42,261 bases of DNA from Dicyema japonicum (taxonomy: Eukaryota > Animalia > Dicyemida), in NCBI GenBank assembly GCA_011109175.1, contig RDEW01000049.1:21032-63292 (forward strand), given 5' to 3'. Below are positions 24,381 through 36,300 of the stretch, piece after piece (position 1 is the stretch's first letter; each line of letters opens with the position of its first letter). Position numbers and translations under genes: made by a program. The notes beneath the pieces are model-generated. The model was not told the origin of the DNA. It saw only the letters and a list, made by a program, of their open reading frames with translations, and did no database searches.

Positions 24381-24499
24381 TCTAAGATAGAAGCTTCCAC
24401 TAGAACTACTTCGTGTTCGGTCTCATATTTGAGGCGCCACGTGACTTAACTTTTGAATTCGTCCAGTTACCCTACATTTACTTTTTTATTTAGGACTTA

Positions 24500-26500
24500 T
24501 TTTTTTTATTTTAAAACCCCAAGACCACCAAGAAAGAAAACCAGCCTCCAACATCTCTCGAATTCTCTTCGAATGCTACGACATTGAACAAACAGTGTTC
24601 CTGAAGTGTCTTCTTTTTCTGCAGAGGAATTCTATCGTAGTGCACTTTTTTTAATGCCGATCTGAATTCCTTCGCATGAACCACCCTCTCTGAATGGGTT
24701 TCCTAGCGCCTTGCACATACGTAGGAAGCCCTGGCCATTTCTCACCGTCGCCTCCTCTGAAAGGAGACTGGGGATGGATGTGGAGTCTGAATGCACATGC
24801 CTCATGATCTTCCGTCTGAGAGTGTTCATACGTAGAAAGAATAGCTAATCTCCAGGCAGAACAGGCATATTCAACCGTCGGTACAATGACTTGCAGATAT
24901 AATTTGCTGATAAGCAGTAGGAGGGAAGGGGCTCTTCTTTATGATGGCTTTTAAGACTTCAATTTTCAAAGACCCTTGGTTAACACTTCTTCCGTGTGAC
25001 TGGAGAACGTCATAAGAGAGTCGAATGTATCTCCAAAGATCTTCTGGATTCGCGTATAAGGGATGGGAATGTTTCCGAGGAATATTTCAAGTCCACCATT
25101 GAATTTACTGTCCGTAGTAAATAGGGTGAACTAAGACTCGGATGCAGACACAGACAGCAAATTAATAGATAGCCAGTCACACACCTGGTTGAGGTATGAC
25201 TGACCACCGCCACAGCCCTGGAGAGAGATTTGTCCCTTGCAGCGACAATCAGGTCATCCGGAAGCCTTGTGAGAACCCATTAGGGAGTAGTCTTGATTTT
25301 GAATTTTCCGTGCGGTTACGGAGCAAGGGTAACGGTTACACTCCACCGCCATTTTCCTTTGTGATGCTGTTGATACTTTTTAGTGTCTTCCAGAAAATTC
25401 CACACGAGTTCTTGTGGAATAGTCGACCAACAAGCCGACTCCACTTGTGTCTCTGGTTATCACGGATTTGTTGGGAAGACATTTAGAGAGTGTATGTACG
25501 ATATAGAGCCATCTGATTGCATTCCGGTTTTCTTCAAGGCATCCCGTTTCTTGATAAGTGCCAGGATGCCCGAAGATAGTTTCGGATTGAATGTTCTGTA
25601 GAGGATAATGGGATGAACATTCTATCCGCTTTTCGAATAACTGAAGTTAACAGCATGGCAGCCTTGTCAACACGAACATCCCATGAAAGATATCCAGCAA
25701 GGGAGGGAGTGTATAGTGACAAGTCCTGAGAAGTTGGGCTGTCCCCTTGGGGTCCTCGTATGGGAATCCGGATTTTTAAGAATAGTTAGTTCGTCGAGTA
25801 TAGATAGGATGTACTCTCCGCGATTGTCGGCTGGTTGTGTCCGGAGCCAGAGCGGATGTTTGCCATTTAAGTCTCCGCATAGTAGCAGATCCTTAGTCCA
25901 CACAGTCTCAATAGGTTGGGGACATAGGAAGTAGAGCATGACCCCTGAGGCGTATATAGACATTGCACAGTGTAAAACATCTCGTCGAAGAAAAGGAAAC
26001 TTCAATAGAAATCTGTTTCAGAATAAAATCTCCTTCGCAGAGTAAAGATACAAAAGGGATGAGATTCGTTTTTTTAAGTCCATCCTTAACGATAGTCAAT
26101 AATCCTCCTCCGAGACTTTTTGATCGGTCCTTGCGAAGTAAACAACATCCAGGAAAACAAGGGGTTGGGAATTTTCTAGAGAGCTTCAATTCTTGAATGA
26201 TGCCAATGTCCACTCTCAAATGGGATAAAAGGGATCGTAGTTCCAACACTTTATTGCGAATTCCGTTTACATTTAATTGTATATAATCAGTGTACCATTG
26301 GGTCCGGGATTAGGTTCTACATCACCAGACAGAAGTAGTAAAGAGAAAACGGGGGAATTGGTAGACCACCCTTCTGAAAATCGTAAAAGGGTAGGGAAAG
26401 TCGAACGGTTCTCTTCCATGCATAACTTGCACTGAGCGCCACCACAACAAGTAAACAACATGACGACACGCTAAATTTCTGATATTCGCGGTTTTTATAC
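24500..26500 (-). mobile_element. Ingi/L1Tc-like non-LTR retrotransposon (5' structured motif, 2A, APE, RT C-terminus), internally deleted and frameshifted
   Basis: LLLLSGDVEPNPGP, then APE motifs NVNG, IIQELKL, RKDR..GGGLL, NVY and GDLNGKHPLW, then post-RT KIFGDTFDSLMTFSSH and LYLQVIVPTVEYACSAW. The 3' end is GGGGTTTTAAAATAAAA. The RT core was not found. Confidence 0.85.
26300..26341 (-). other. 2A-like StopGo (ribosome-skipping) peptide
   Basis: LLLLSGDVEPNPGP matches the G-D(V/I)-E-x-N-P-G-P consensus exactly. Confidence 0.9.
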
Positions 26501-26897
26501 TAGGTGTAGCCAACTTTTTTCGTTCGCGAGCTAATGTTTATATAGCTATTTGTCTGGCGATCAACAGTTAAACGAGGGAATTAAATCATTTTAATGCTTG
26601 AAAACGATGTTTCAGATAAATACGTGCTTCTGAAGCACGAAAGAATTCGTTGATACGCATCAATCAAAATGGGATATTTTCTGGAGGCATAAATTTCCAC
26701 ATGTTGACATTTGATGTACTTTGAAAATGATGTAATTTTTAGATTGATGATTTCTATTGAATCTTTCATGGATCAACGTCAAAAATCATTCTAAATTCCT
26801 CAGACTTTTTTCTATGTCACTCTCGATGAACGGAGAAGCTAAGAAAGTGCATAAATGAGTATTTTTTTGAAATCGCCAAATCTGTGATTAAACTTGT

Positions 26898-27255
26898 TAT
26901 TATATTTGGGACGTTACCTGCACCGACACATTTGCCTCTTGCAATTTACTCCAGAGTGTCTCTGGAGCCTGCTCTGCCGCTGAGAAAACCGAGAACATGA
27001 AACGGGAAAAGTACGCGGTCCTACCCAAGAGTTTTTTGTTTGTTCCACTCGCCGTTGAGACGTCTGGTTCCTTTGCGCCTGCGACGCTGGATTTCTTGAG
27101 TCGTTTAGGGAATAGGATCGCCACACGAAAATGAGACCCTCGTGAGCGCTGCTGGCTATTTGAGCGAATCTCGCTCGCTATCTTGAGAGGGAATAGCAAC
27201 GCAGTCATGACAGCCTCTATATAACCGTTACTCTACTTTCTTTCTTCAATAAAAT
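26898..27255 (+). mobile_element. CRE-like non-LTR retrotransposon 3' fragment (restriction-like endonuclease)
   Basis: IWDVTCTDTFA...KREKYAVL..FVPLAVETSG...DPRERCWLFERISLAILRGN, with one in-frame stop. Confidence 0.8.
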
Positions 27256-27299
27256 TTTTTGTAGTACCACAGCAAATTCTTTGACGATTAATGTTAACA

Positions 27300-27492
27300 A
27301 GTTGATTTACAAAAAGACCTGGTCAGGATCAAAAAAAATCTAATAAATGGCAACGACCTGGACAGCATGAGAGCCTTGGCTAGGAACAGGGGAGCATGGA
27401 AAAGGATGACATCTAACCTTGTTTCTTTTGCTGCACATGCGGGGCTATAATTAGTATGGCTCTCGTGAAGTGCTTAAATAATAAATAATAAG
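27300..27492 (+). mobile_element. RTE-like LINE extreme 3' end
   Basis: ALARNRGAWKRM resembles the RTE terminal motif LAxDRxxWR and is followed by a TAAATAATAAATAATAA tail. Confidence 0.45.
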
Positions 27493-27843
27493 TTGATTTG
27501 TGAATTCATCTTCAATATTAGAAAAATGGGTAAAATTTTCTTTTTGGATTTGAGATATCCACAATTCTAACTTCATTTTGAAAGAATTTATTGAGCTGAT
27601 CATATTTTTTTATTGAGCTGATCATATCGAGAGAATATTTATTGTGATCGACCAAAAGACCCGCCGCGATCGACTGGTTGGACACCTCTGCTCTATGAGA
27701 TCTAGTTAACAATCAAGGAGTGTGGGAGACACCGGTACTTGTTAGCAGCACATGGGAGTCATAAGCATCACAGTCCACATGTAACTACTCATAAAGTAAA
27801 ATATCAGACAAAATGTCATTTAAGTAAAAACCGTCCTAACAAA

Positions 27844-29074
27844 TTATACAAGAGCGACAGTCCCGATGGAAGAAGCTCCAAAACTGACCAACTAGACATG
27901 AAGAAAGTAATAACCTGTAAATGCTCATCAGCACCCTCCACCAACGCACAATTTACAGCCTAACGTGATCATAACAAAATACTGCTAATTTTTCCAACAA
28001 AAAAGCCCGCTTTTTATCAACAATCTCCCATTCCTCACTCATTAGTAACTCGTACACTTGAATCAGCACCTGACTGGCAGAGTACCCACTTCGAATGAGG
28101 TCCTAAACTAAACCAATGAAGACACCGACACCACAGAGTAGAGATCCCCATATGATGTCCCCAATACAGCCCTCATATACCCTTCTATCACATCCCCCGG
28201 AATCCACTAAAATAACAGAGATAACAACAGAACAAATATCAAGAACAGTGTTGTAGTCCAAAATTGTGGAGAAGTGGCGTCCCGTCTGCAAGTAGTTGAT
28301 GGCCTTTCGGAGATCCCCCGATGATATGTCGACCAGTTTGTCCAACGCCTAATAAACATTATTGGTCATTACATCATCGTTTATAATTATTCCTTCGTTT
28401 TCTGCAATATCCGAGAGTTTGGCCGCCATTAACATCTTTGGGAGTGGTTTAAACCGAAACTTGGCACACCTCGACTTTATGGGTTCGATTATTCGGCTGA
28501 TGTAGTTACATATAATGCAGAATTTGGTTGTCTTGAAGTTCATCTCCATGATTCTTCGCAGGGCTGCCTGGGCTGAGTATATCATGGCGTCTGCCTCGTC
28601 GAGTACTATGAGTTTAAAATTTGGCACACTAGACACCAAAAATCAACAATTTTACCCGCCAATGGTTTGATTTATTGATAAAGAAGCAAATTTTTTGATT
28701 TTATTACGAACGACGGCTATTCCACGTTCATCGGATGCGTTCAAGTCGAGGATTCGATCCTTGTAAGGACACCCCAGCCCTGTATTAGGTCTGTACACAT
28801 TACGAGTGGACAAAACCCAAATAACTCAGAGGCAGCGGCCAAAATTGTCGATGTCTTCCCAGTTCCAGGTGGTCCATAAAGAAGCAGATTAGGTAACTAG
28901 GGATCAGTGAATGTAATACGTTATTGTTAGTTAGAGACTTTTTCAAGACGGTCTTGACTTCCATTTGGAATACAACATCATCAATTTTGCGGGGTCGACT
29001 TAATTATATGTAGTCACATACTATTTCTCCACCCACGGAAGATTTGACTTTTTAGTCTCACCCAACATTGACAT
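27844..29074 (-). CDS. RFC4: Replication factor C subunit 4 (yeast Rfc2 orthologue)
   Basis: Motifs PWVEKY|[76 protein letters not shown] and GADEHLQ|L. Multiple micro-introns. Confidence 0.93.
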
Positions 29075-29920
29075 TAATTTTATATTATTATTTATTTGTA
29101 ACATTTAATTAATTTTATTAAATATTATTACTAACCATTTCAGAAAACGTCTTGTTGATCTTTTAAGTAAGATATTCAGTCCTGAGGGTGACGTTTGATG
29201 AAGGACTTACATTCGCAAAACAATGTGAGATTCAAGTGAATAAGGTTCGTAAAAACCCCTCGGAGAAAACGCTGGGTCCCTTTCCACTGCCTACCGGCAA
29301 TTTGTACAACAGGCATTGGCATACGAAAGTGAGTCGTCTTCAATGGCCATCTCCCGCTCCTCTCTCCTGAAGCCGTCCGCAATCTTGGAAGCTTCCAAAA
29401 TAGTCATCGTCCGCAACTTTGTGTCTCTTCTTGTGGAAACAATTTTTATTAGACAACAACCGACGTTGGTAAGGCAGCTATCTGTCTGGCAGCCCCTCCA
29501 TAGCTACATGTCTTGTCTAGAGAGCCATTTAGGATTTTCGTACACGTCGGATAAGATTTCCTTCATGTCGGTCTGGGGTCACTTAGTTGGGAACTTTATT
29601 TAACCAGGTGATCCTGGGGTAATAATTTCCAAGGTGATCATCCGTCACAACCATAGATACCCCTCATGTTTGGCCTACAACTAGTGTAATTTGCTAGACG
29701 ATTCAGTCCACAGTCTGTGGTACCCCACAAATATTTTCCGTCGAGTCGATATTTAGGTTAAACGACACCACCCATGTCTCCACCGCTACAGTATAGGGAG
29801 ATTGCGACTCTTCACCCAGTGAGACACCACCAAATAGGATCCCTTAATCGTCTGATTTAACAGCTTCTTCGTGATCTCTGAGTTTAAGTTAAAGCAAAAT
29901 TAAACAGACATTAAGGGGGA

Positions 29921-30485
29921 CTAAACATCACCAGTCATGAGGGCCACAAACTCATCAAAATTAACTAATAATAACATAACAACAACTTTCTCCATCTCCG
30001 TCCATGTCGAACTCACTTATCATTGCCCTCAGGACATCATCCTCCACATTCTCTCCAATTTCTCTAAACATAAACCAATTTGAGTTGCCTTGTGATCCTC
30101 CTTAGTTTGCCCACCGATATTTTACCCGAACCATCATCGTCAAAGAGGTCAAATGATCTCTTCAAGTCTTCCATTGGGTCTCTCTTCAGAATTAATTCTC
30201 CAGCTATAAATGAGCTAACAATTCACCAATTCGTTGAAACTCGTTAAAGTTAATGCCCTCTTCCGGTTCCTTAGCACAATCCCTCATCATTTTAACTGTC
30301 GATTCCTTGTTGACTTGAAAACCGAGAGACCGTAGTGCCGACTATAATCTTCACAAACACATTACCTTGAATTCGTAATAATCTAATTCCCCGTCTTTAT
30401 CAGAATCAAAAATGGTAAAGACTTGTTCAATCTCATCTTTCTGATCCTGCTTTAATGATCTGACTGTCTTTTTAAACTTTATCAT
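29921..30485 (-). CDS. CETN3: Centrin-3 (EF-hand protein)
   Basis: Spliced product includes FDSDKDGELDYYEFK|SALRSLGF, LKRDPMEDLKRSFDLFDDDGSGKIS..LRRITR|EIGEN and LRAMISEFDMDGDGE..EFVALMTGDV. Four micro-introns, one GC-AG. Absent from the ORF track because the exons are short. Confidence 0.9.
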
Positions 30486-30670
30486 CACAATTTTACTAAG
30501 CAACAATAATAATATATTATAATTTATATAATTTTAAAAAATAATTATTATTTATCTTGATTAACTAAGTTATACTTTTTATATTTTGTCGATTTCGTTT
30601 TTATTGGACGCGTGGCGCCATGTGGTGCTATATAGCTATTTGGTCTAAAATTATTTTCTTTCCCTCCGAT

Positions 30671-30732
30671 GACGTCATTGTATCGACCTCACTGAGGAGA
30701 CGCCCAATGCCTGGCCGTCATCAAGAGGATCC
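30671..30732 (+). ncRNA. Diverged HDV-like motif, copy F
   Basis: GACGTCATTGTATCGACCTCACTGAGGAGACGCCCAATGCCTGGC...GGATC aligns with copy A, but the pairing is only partly retained. Confidence 0.35.
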
Positions 30733-31355
30733 AACTATTCTCTCCCCGGAGATAATGTCGCTACCTGGAGACAAGTTCTGAAACGAGTCAGGATCAAAGG
30801 GCTAGTTAGTTTAGTTACCCTTGGTCTTTGGAATAATCTAATTTTTTAATATTGACCTCGGTCCTAATTCCGAGTCTATGACTATTAAACCAGCTCGACT
30901 CTAACGACGACGTAAATTAGTGAGGGTGGCCAACCCACCAAGCAAACCCATATCAAATACAACAAAAACCACTCCGAGATACGAGAATATAGAGCAGTTC
31001 AACGACGACGTAAATTAGTGAGGGTGGCCAACCCACCAAGCAAACCCATATCAAATACAACAAAAACCACTCCGAGATACGAGAATATAGAGCAGTTCGA
31101 GATACCAATCACCGTCGTTTTCAATCTACCCATGTCAACTTGAGATCACTTAGCTGAAGACGTTATTTTTTAACCAAGTGACCTTTGGGAATAAATAGAT
31201 AAACTGGGGTACTATTATTAAACTTAGAATAAACTGGGAGTGCACAAATTAATACTGAAGACAATTATATACAATAATGTTTATTTAATTATTTATTTGC
31301 ATTTATGTAATAAACTTAAATAATTTACACCACATTTTTCAATATCACTGATTAC

Positions 31356-32078
31356 ATGGTTGTGCCAAAGTTCACCCGAATGATAATAATGGGTCCACCA
31401 GGATCAGGAAAAGGCACAATATCTGAGAGAATTCTCAAAGACTTTAATATGAAATACTTGGCAACAGGCAATATGCTAAGACAGGAAATGTCCTTAAAAA
31501 CAAAACTGGGACTTGAAGCCGGAAGATTCATTGATGCTGGCAAACTTGTGCCGGATGACGTCATCAGTGATGTTGTCTTAGGGAAATTGGCATCACTGAG
31601 AGGAAATAATTGGTTATTGGATGGTCTGTTTTGATTAATGACATGTAGGGTTCCCGCGGACCATCGCTCAGGCAGAGGCAGTATTGGCGAAGGAAGAAAT
31701 CTCTTCCGTCCTTAATTTGAATATTCCATTCCAGATTATTATTGATCGCATAAAGGGAAGATGGACTCACGTGTCCAGTGGGAGAATCTATCACACTGAA
31801 TTTAACCCCCCAAAAGTCGCAGGGAAGGACGACATAACGGGGGAAACTTTAATTCAAAGAGAAGACGACAAGGAAGAGACCGTAAGGGAAAGACTCGAGA
31901 ACTACAGCAAATCGACTCAGCCTCTGCTAGAGTTCTTTAGGTCTTGCTGTTTCTGTATTCTAGAGAGAGGGATCTACTCTTTCAGTTTACAGGAAAGTAT
32001 TCTAACGAGATTTGGCCGCACGTGCACACTTATATAGCCAAATACATGAATCCACATTCATTTACTAAATACAACTGA
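31356..32078 (+). CDS. AK3: Mitochondrial GTP:AMP phosphotransferase (adenylate kinase 3)
   Basis: Motifs GPPGSGKGT, GKLVPDD, WLLDG|FPRT, LID region RWTHVSSGRIYHTEFNPPK and LIQREDDKEETV. Introns 31624-31648 and 31941-31963. Confidence 0.93.
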
Positions 32079-32152
32079 TTTGGGGGACATTTGCTACTAA
32101 TTGAGTTGTTAACTAATTTGTACTCTTAGAGGCATCATAATTACAAAAAAGG

Positions 32153-33851
32153 TCAAATCCTTTGTAGGTGTAAGTAGAATAGGGAGAGTGTCTCCAAACC
32201 GCAAATTTTGTATTCTTCCCCTTCCATAGTCCTACCTTTGATGAATGACTCCCATCCACTAGTGAATCTCTTGGAGGGGAATCCCAAGACCAACACAATC
32301 TTGCCAATGTCGCTATCTGAGAATCCCCTCTTCAGCAGAAAGTCCCTGTTCTGGTAAATATCTAACTCCTTGGTCCTCGTCTCACTACACTGAGACTTGA
32401 ACAGTTTAATCTCCAATAACCACACAAAGTACATTATCCTTCGTCAAATTAAAGTTTTGAATGAAATATTTTAGTTTCCCATGCATAGATAAGTGATCCA
32501 TGTTGGAATAAGTAATCCCACGTGATCTATAGTAGACCAGATGGCTCAGGAGGGGCTTCACGTATCCCTTCTCCTACAAATGAGCATCATAATTACCTGG
32601 ATAATCTCCATGCACTCTTTTATAACAAAAGGACCGGTCCTCAACGACTTTGAGGACTCAATAACCTCAGAGTATGAGTACCCCATATTCCTCAGAAGGG
32701 TAGCCGACATGAGACACTTCATTATGTTTGTGTTCATATTATGACGTTCCTTGTACTCATTAAACTAGCAATTTAAGCAAGCAAACACACGATTGAGGGG
32801 TCACAGTCGAATATCATCCCCAGGAGTTGTTCTATCGACAGATCCAAGTATTTTGTGATTCCCGTACGCGAATAATTAATGATGTCCTGGTAAAAATCAT
32901 AAACGGAGAATCGACCCCCCGAATCCGCCTGATACCTCATAAGTTCATTATGAATCATGGTCTTTGACCTTATTCCATCGAATATTAGCTACATTAGTGA
33001 CAACCAGGCATACATCAATTGCTGTTACCAACAGTATGTGGAAGTTTCTGAGAAATTCAAAGTTGGGAGAGAATCCCTTGATGGTATTGGCCCTGGATTC
33101 TACCACACCACGGGTACTCTCACAGAACACATCACTACGGTAACAGAACTCAAGGGCGGAGTAAAAGTCATCAAATTCGTAAATCTAGGGAATAAGAATG
33201 AGAGTACCCCCCTTATTGAGTCTGCAAGTCGAAATATAGTGTACAGTTTGGAGAGTTCCCTTCCTTGGAGGTCGAGGTTGTATATAGTATGAACATCCGG
33301 GTCGATGTTATAAAGAAGACTGGTTGTAATCTTAGGGATTCCCAATGCTTTGGCCATTTGTAGTCGTTTATCGAGTTCATGTAACTCCATGTTAAACAGA
33401 AGATGAGTGTAGTGAGAATGATGGATGGACTCATCTTGGAATGAGGGGACATTCAACAATTCTATGTAGTTCCTCATTCTTGGGAGTTGGTAGCGAATGA
33501 CTTTGAAGTTCTTTTTGTATTCCTTTATGGCCAAAGTGTCCCCAAATCGTTCATTAAGCTATAACATACATATGGAGAAGTACTTTGTCGTAGAGTGGGT
33601 TAATCCGATATGACATGAACGGTAAGATGTCCAATCGGGTTGTTATAGTCGATGACAACCTCGATCCGATCNAGTTCTTTTTGTATTCCTTTATGGCCAA
33701 AGTGTCCCCAAATCGTTCATTAAGCTATAACATACATATGGAGAAGTACTTTGTCGTAGAGTGGGTTAATCCGATATGACATGAACGGTAAGATGTCCAA
33801 TCGGGTTGTTATAGTCGATGAAAACCTCGATCCGATCATATTTATTGCCAT
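32153..33851 (-). CDS. Multi-exon uncharacterised protein, possibly mTERF-like and mitochondrial
   Basis: Chain of minus-strand ORFs separated by micro-introns. The N-terminus is basic and Ser/Thr-rich, and there are repeats such as LLRNMGYSYSEV and LLKRGFSDSDI. The 5' part is duplicated around an N. Confidence 0.5.
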
Positions 33852-33964
33852 CTGTTAGTATACAACGTGAAATAATTTATTTTTAAAATAATTATTTTAT
33901 AATTATTCAGGAATTTGTTATTATTTATAAACAATTTATTTAAAAGGTAATTTCGGTACTTATG

Positions 33965-34312
33965 AGTAAATCATCTTTACACCCAATTATACCATCAATC
34001 GGCTACTGTTTGCGGGATGGGGTACTAATCTATCCTATGCCAACCTAAAAAAATAAAATCCTTCCAAGAAATAGTAACGAGGGCCGTAAAAGGTTCTCCT
34101 CCTCACCACTAAAGCCAACCCGTTAATGAGGAGAATGGGAGCCTTGTTGAAGCCTCAAAATTTCCGAAAAGTGATTCATCCATACAGGAAGAGTGTCGAC
34201 TCTCGGGAGGATCAGCGAGAAAGGATGAGACGGCTGCTTAAGGAGCCCGGAATCACCTGACCGCCCCCACTCTCTTTCATTTTGTCGGTGATTCGGGTTT
34301 TAAATAAATAAA
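33965..34312 (+). mobile_element. 3' end of an Ingi-like LINE
   Basis: IIPSIGYC-like post-RT motif, terminal RMRRLL*, stem GAATCACC(34250)/GGTGATTC(34287) and tail GGGTTTTAAATAAATAAAT. Confidence 0.45.
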
Positions 34313-34379
34313 TGCGTTAACTTATTCTGCATGAGCCATTAATTAGATTGCAGATACTGCTAGCGAGTTTAAAATTAAT

Positions 34380-35465
34380 TAAATTTAGAAACTAACAGTT
34401 AACAACTACTGGGTGTTCTCAGAATCTTTTCCTTAACGATCAGAGAGGAATTGCGCACAATGAGCTACCTAATTTTTTTTCCTCCTTGCGATAAGCGACT
34501 CGATACATTTCAGTAAAATTATTGATCTGCTTCCTATGAGTCCTGACGTTACCACGGCGACTGGTTCAAAGATGATCTGTCCACCGAGACATTCATATTT
34601 CCTTTTTAGCGTCTCATATTTTCCGAAGTAGAGCCTGAATTAATTGCAGTCATTCCAAGATTTGAAAAAGACTATCAACATAGATGGTGTCCCAGGTGAG
34701 GTATCTATTACTTTCCCATGGAAGAGAGTTGTTCCATCAATTCTTTTGTTGGCTTGGGCCAGTCCGAGAGACTCCAATTGGACAGGGTATCCGACCGCTT
34801 CTAGTACCCACTTAATAACTCCGTTGATTGCGATATGTCTTGGACTCATTCCAGCACTCACCGGTAAGAGAGAATGTAAAGACCTTTCGCGCTGACCATC
34901 TTTCCACATCTAAAGCGATGGATTGTAAAAACATCCATTCCAAGGGAGACGGAAACCCCAATTTTCTTGGCTTTAAGCCATGCACTACTTTCGTTCTTCG
35001 ATGAAGAAACCAGACAGGCCAAGCAACCTTAATGATTTCACATTTTGACACATTCGGTTTCAACAAAAATGCTGCAAGAACAGAGATAGCGAACTCGACC
35101 TCTGCCACCACAATTTGCCAATTCTCTCCGATGGTCGCATCATCCAGGTACCATAAGTTCATTGGGGTTCTGATCACTTAACTGTACAAGCGATGCCCAA
35201 GGCAGAGTAAGGGGTCGCATTGTTGGACTCCAATGTTATTCGATGGTGTGTTCTCCGAAGATCAATGTGCACGGAGAACCATATGAGAGTTTCACCAACC
35301 TGATAATTTCATGGATTATGGAAAGACTAGCTTCCATCCCTGCAAATGCCATTGAAAGCATTGGGGATGCTCAGTGGTGGATAGTTGATGTGGTGACATT
35401 CCTATATTGCGTGAAGTGTTTACTAACCTTAGAGATTTATGAAAGCCCACATCTGCCTTCTTGAG
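34380..35465 (-). mobile_element. Decayed CRE-like non-LTR retrotransposon (RT and RLE fragments)
   Basis: Motifs GVQQCDPL, NLWYLDDATIG, NVSKCEI, RHIAINGVI...ESLGL...KRIDGTTL and FEPVAVVTSG. Confidence 0.8.
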
Positions 35466-35847
35466 CATGGAAAAGGTTACGGAGACTTCAGAGACCCATA
35501 GTCCTAAACAAGAGAGCTGTCAGATGCTAGGATTGAAATAACCTGAGGTTCATCTGTCGGAAGTCGAAAGCTATACAACTTCCATATTTCTGCCATTAAT
35601 GGGTTAATCGAGAAGAGTTGCTTCATTTTGAGATAAATATCATCAAGTCTATTTTATCGACATTTGATTCCCCGGCAGAATAGAAAATATTAAATTAAAT
35701 ATCACAAAATAAAGTAAAAATTATAAACTACGTCTTTTTATCCTCAATAATGCCACATTCCGTTTCTACTATAACAACCTCACGACCACCATCTCAGTCT
35801 CCATTCTCATCCTTTCAACATCCCTCATATCCTACAACTCCTTCACC

Positions 35848-36300
35848 TCAAGGTAAGTTATAGTCTACTCGAATTGAAAGACTTGCCAAATCCCGGACTG
35901 ACTGGTCGAACCTATCCCTGCAAGTCTTCAATTCCTTAATATAGTACAGCAGCATGCTCTCATCAACAAAAGCTAAGAATTTACCCCATTCTTGTGTTTT
36001 TCTAATACCGGTCTCCCTCAATGAAAATAACGTATCCAATAAATTATTTAAATCAAAATAATATTTAATTTACCTTTTTCACATTCATTTTCTATATTTA
36101 TATTATTTTTGTAGCAATTCTCAAGCTGTGATAGTTTATATGACTCTGTTTTTAATACTCGGTCTATTTTTGCCTCCTCGAAGAACTTCAATGAATATAA
36201 ACCAACATTATGAAATTTTTTATCGCACAATACAGTCTTATCGGATTGAGATTTCTTGGAGAAACAATACTTCCGGTTTAGTAAATCATCTAGTTCGTCT
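35848..36300 (-). CDS. Possible small hypothetical coding region
   Basis: Two adjacent minus-strand ORFs with protein-like composition. No recognisable motif, and the splice structure is unresolved. Confidence 0.2.

Noticed and set aside
29176-29900. Possible Gypsy RNase H/integrase relic (IADGFRR on the minus strand)
   Set aside because: A single weak motif is not enough to call.
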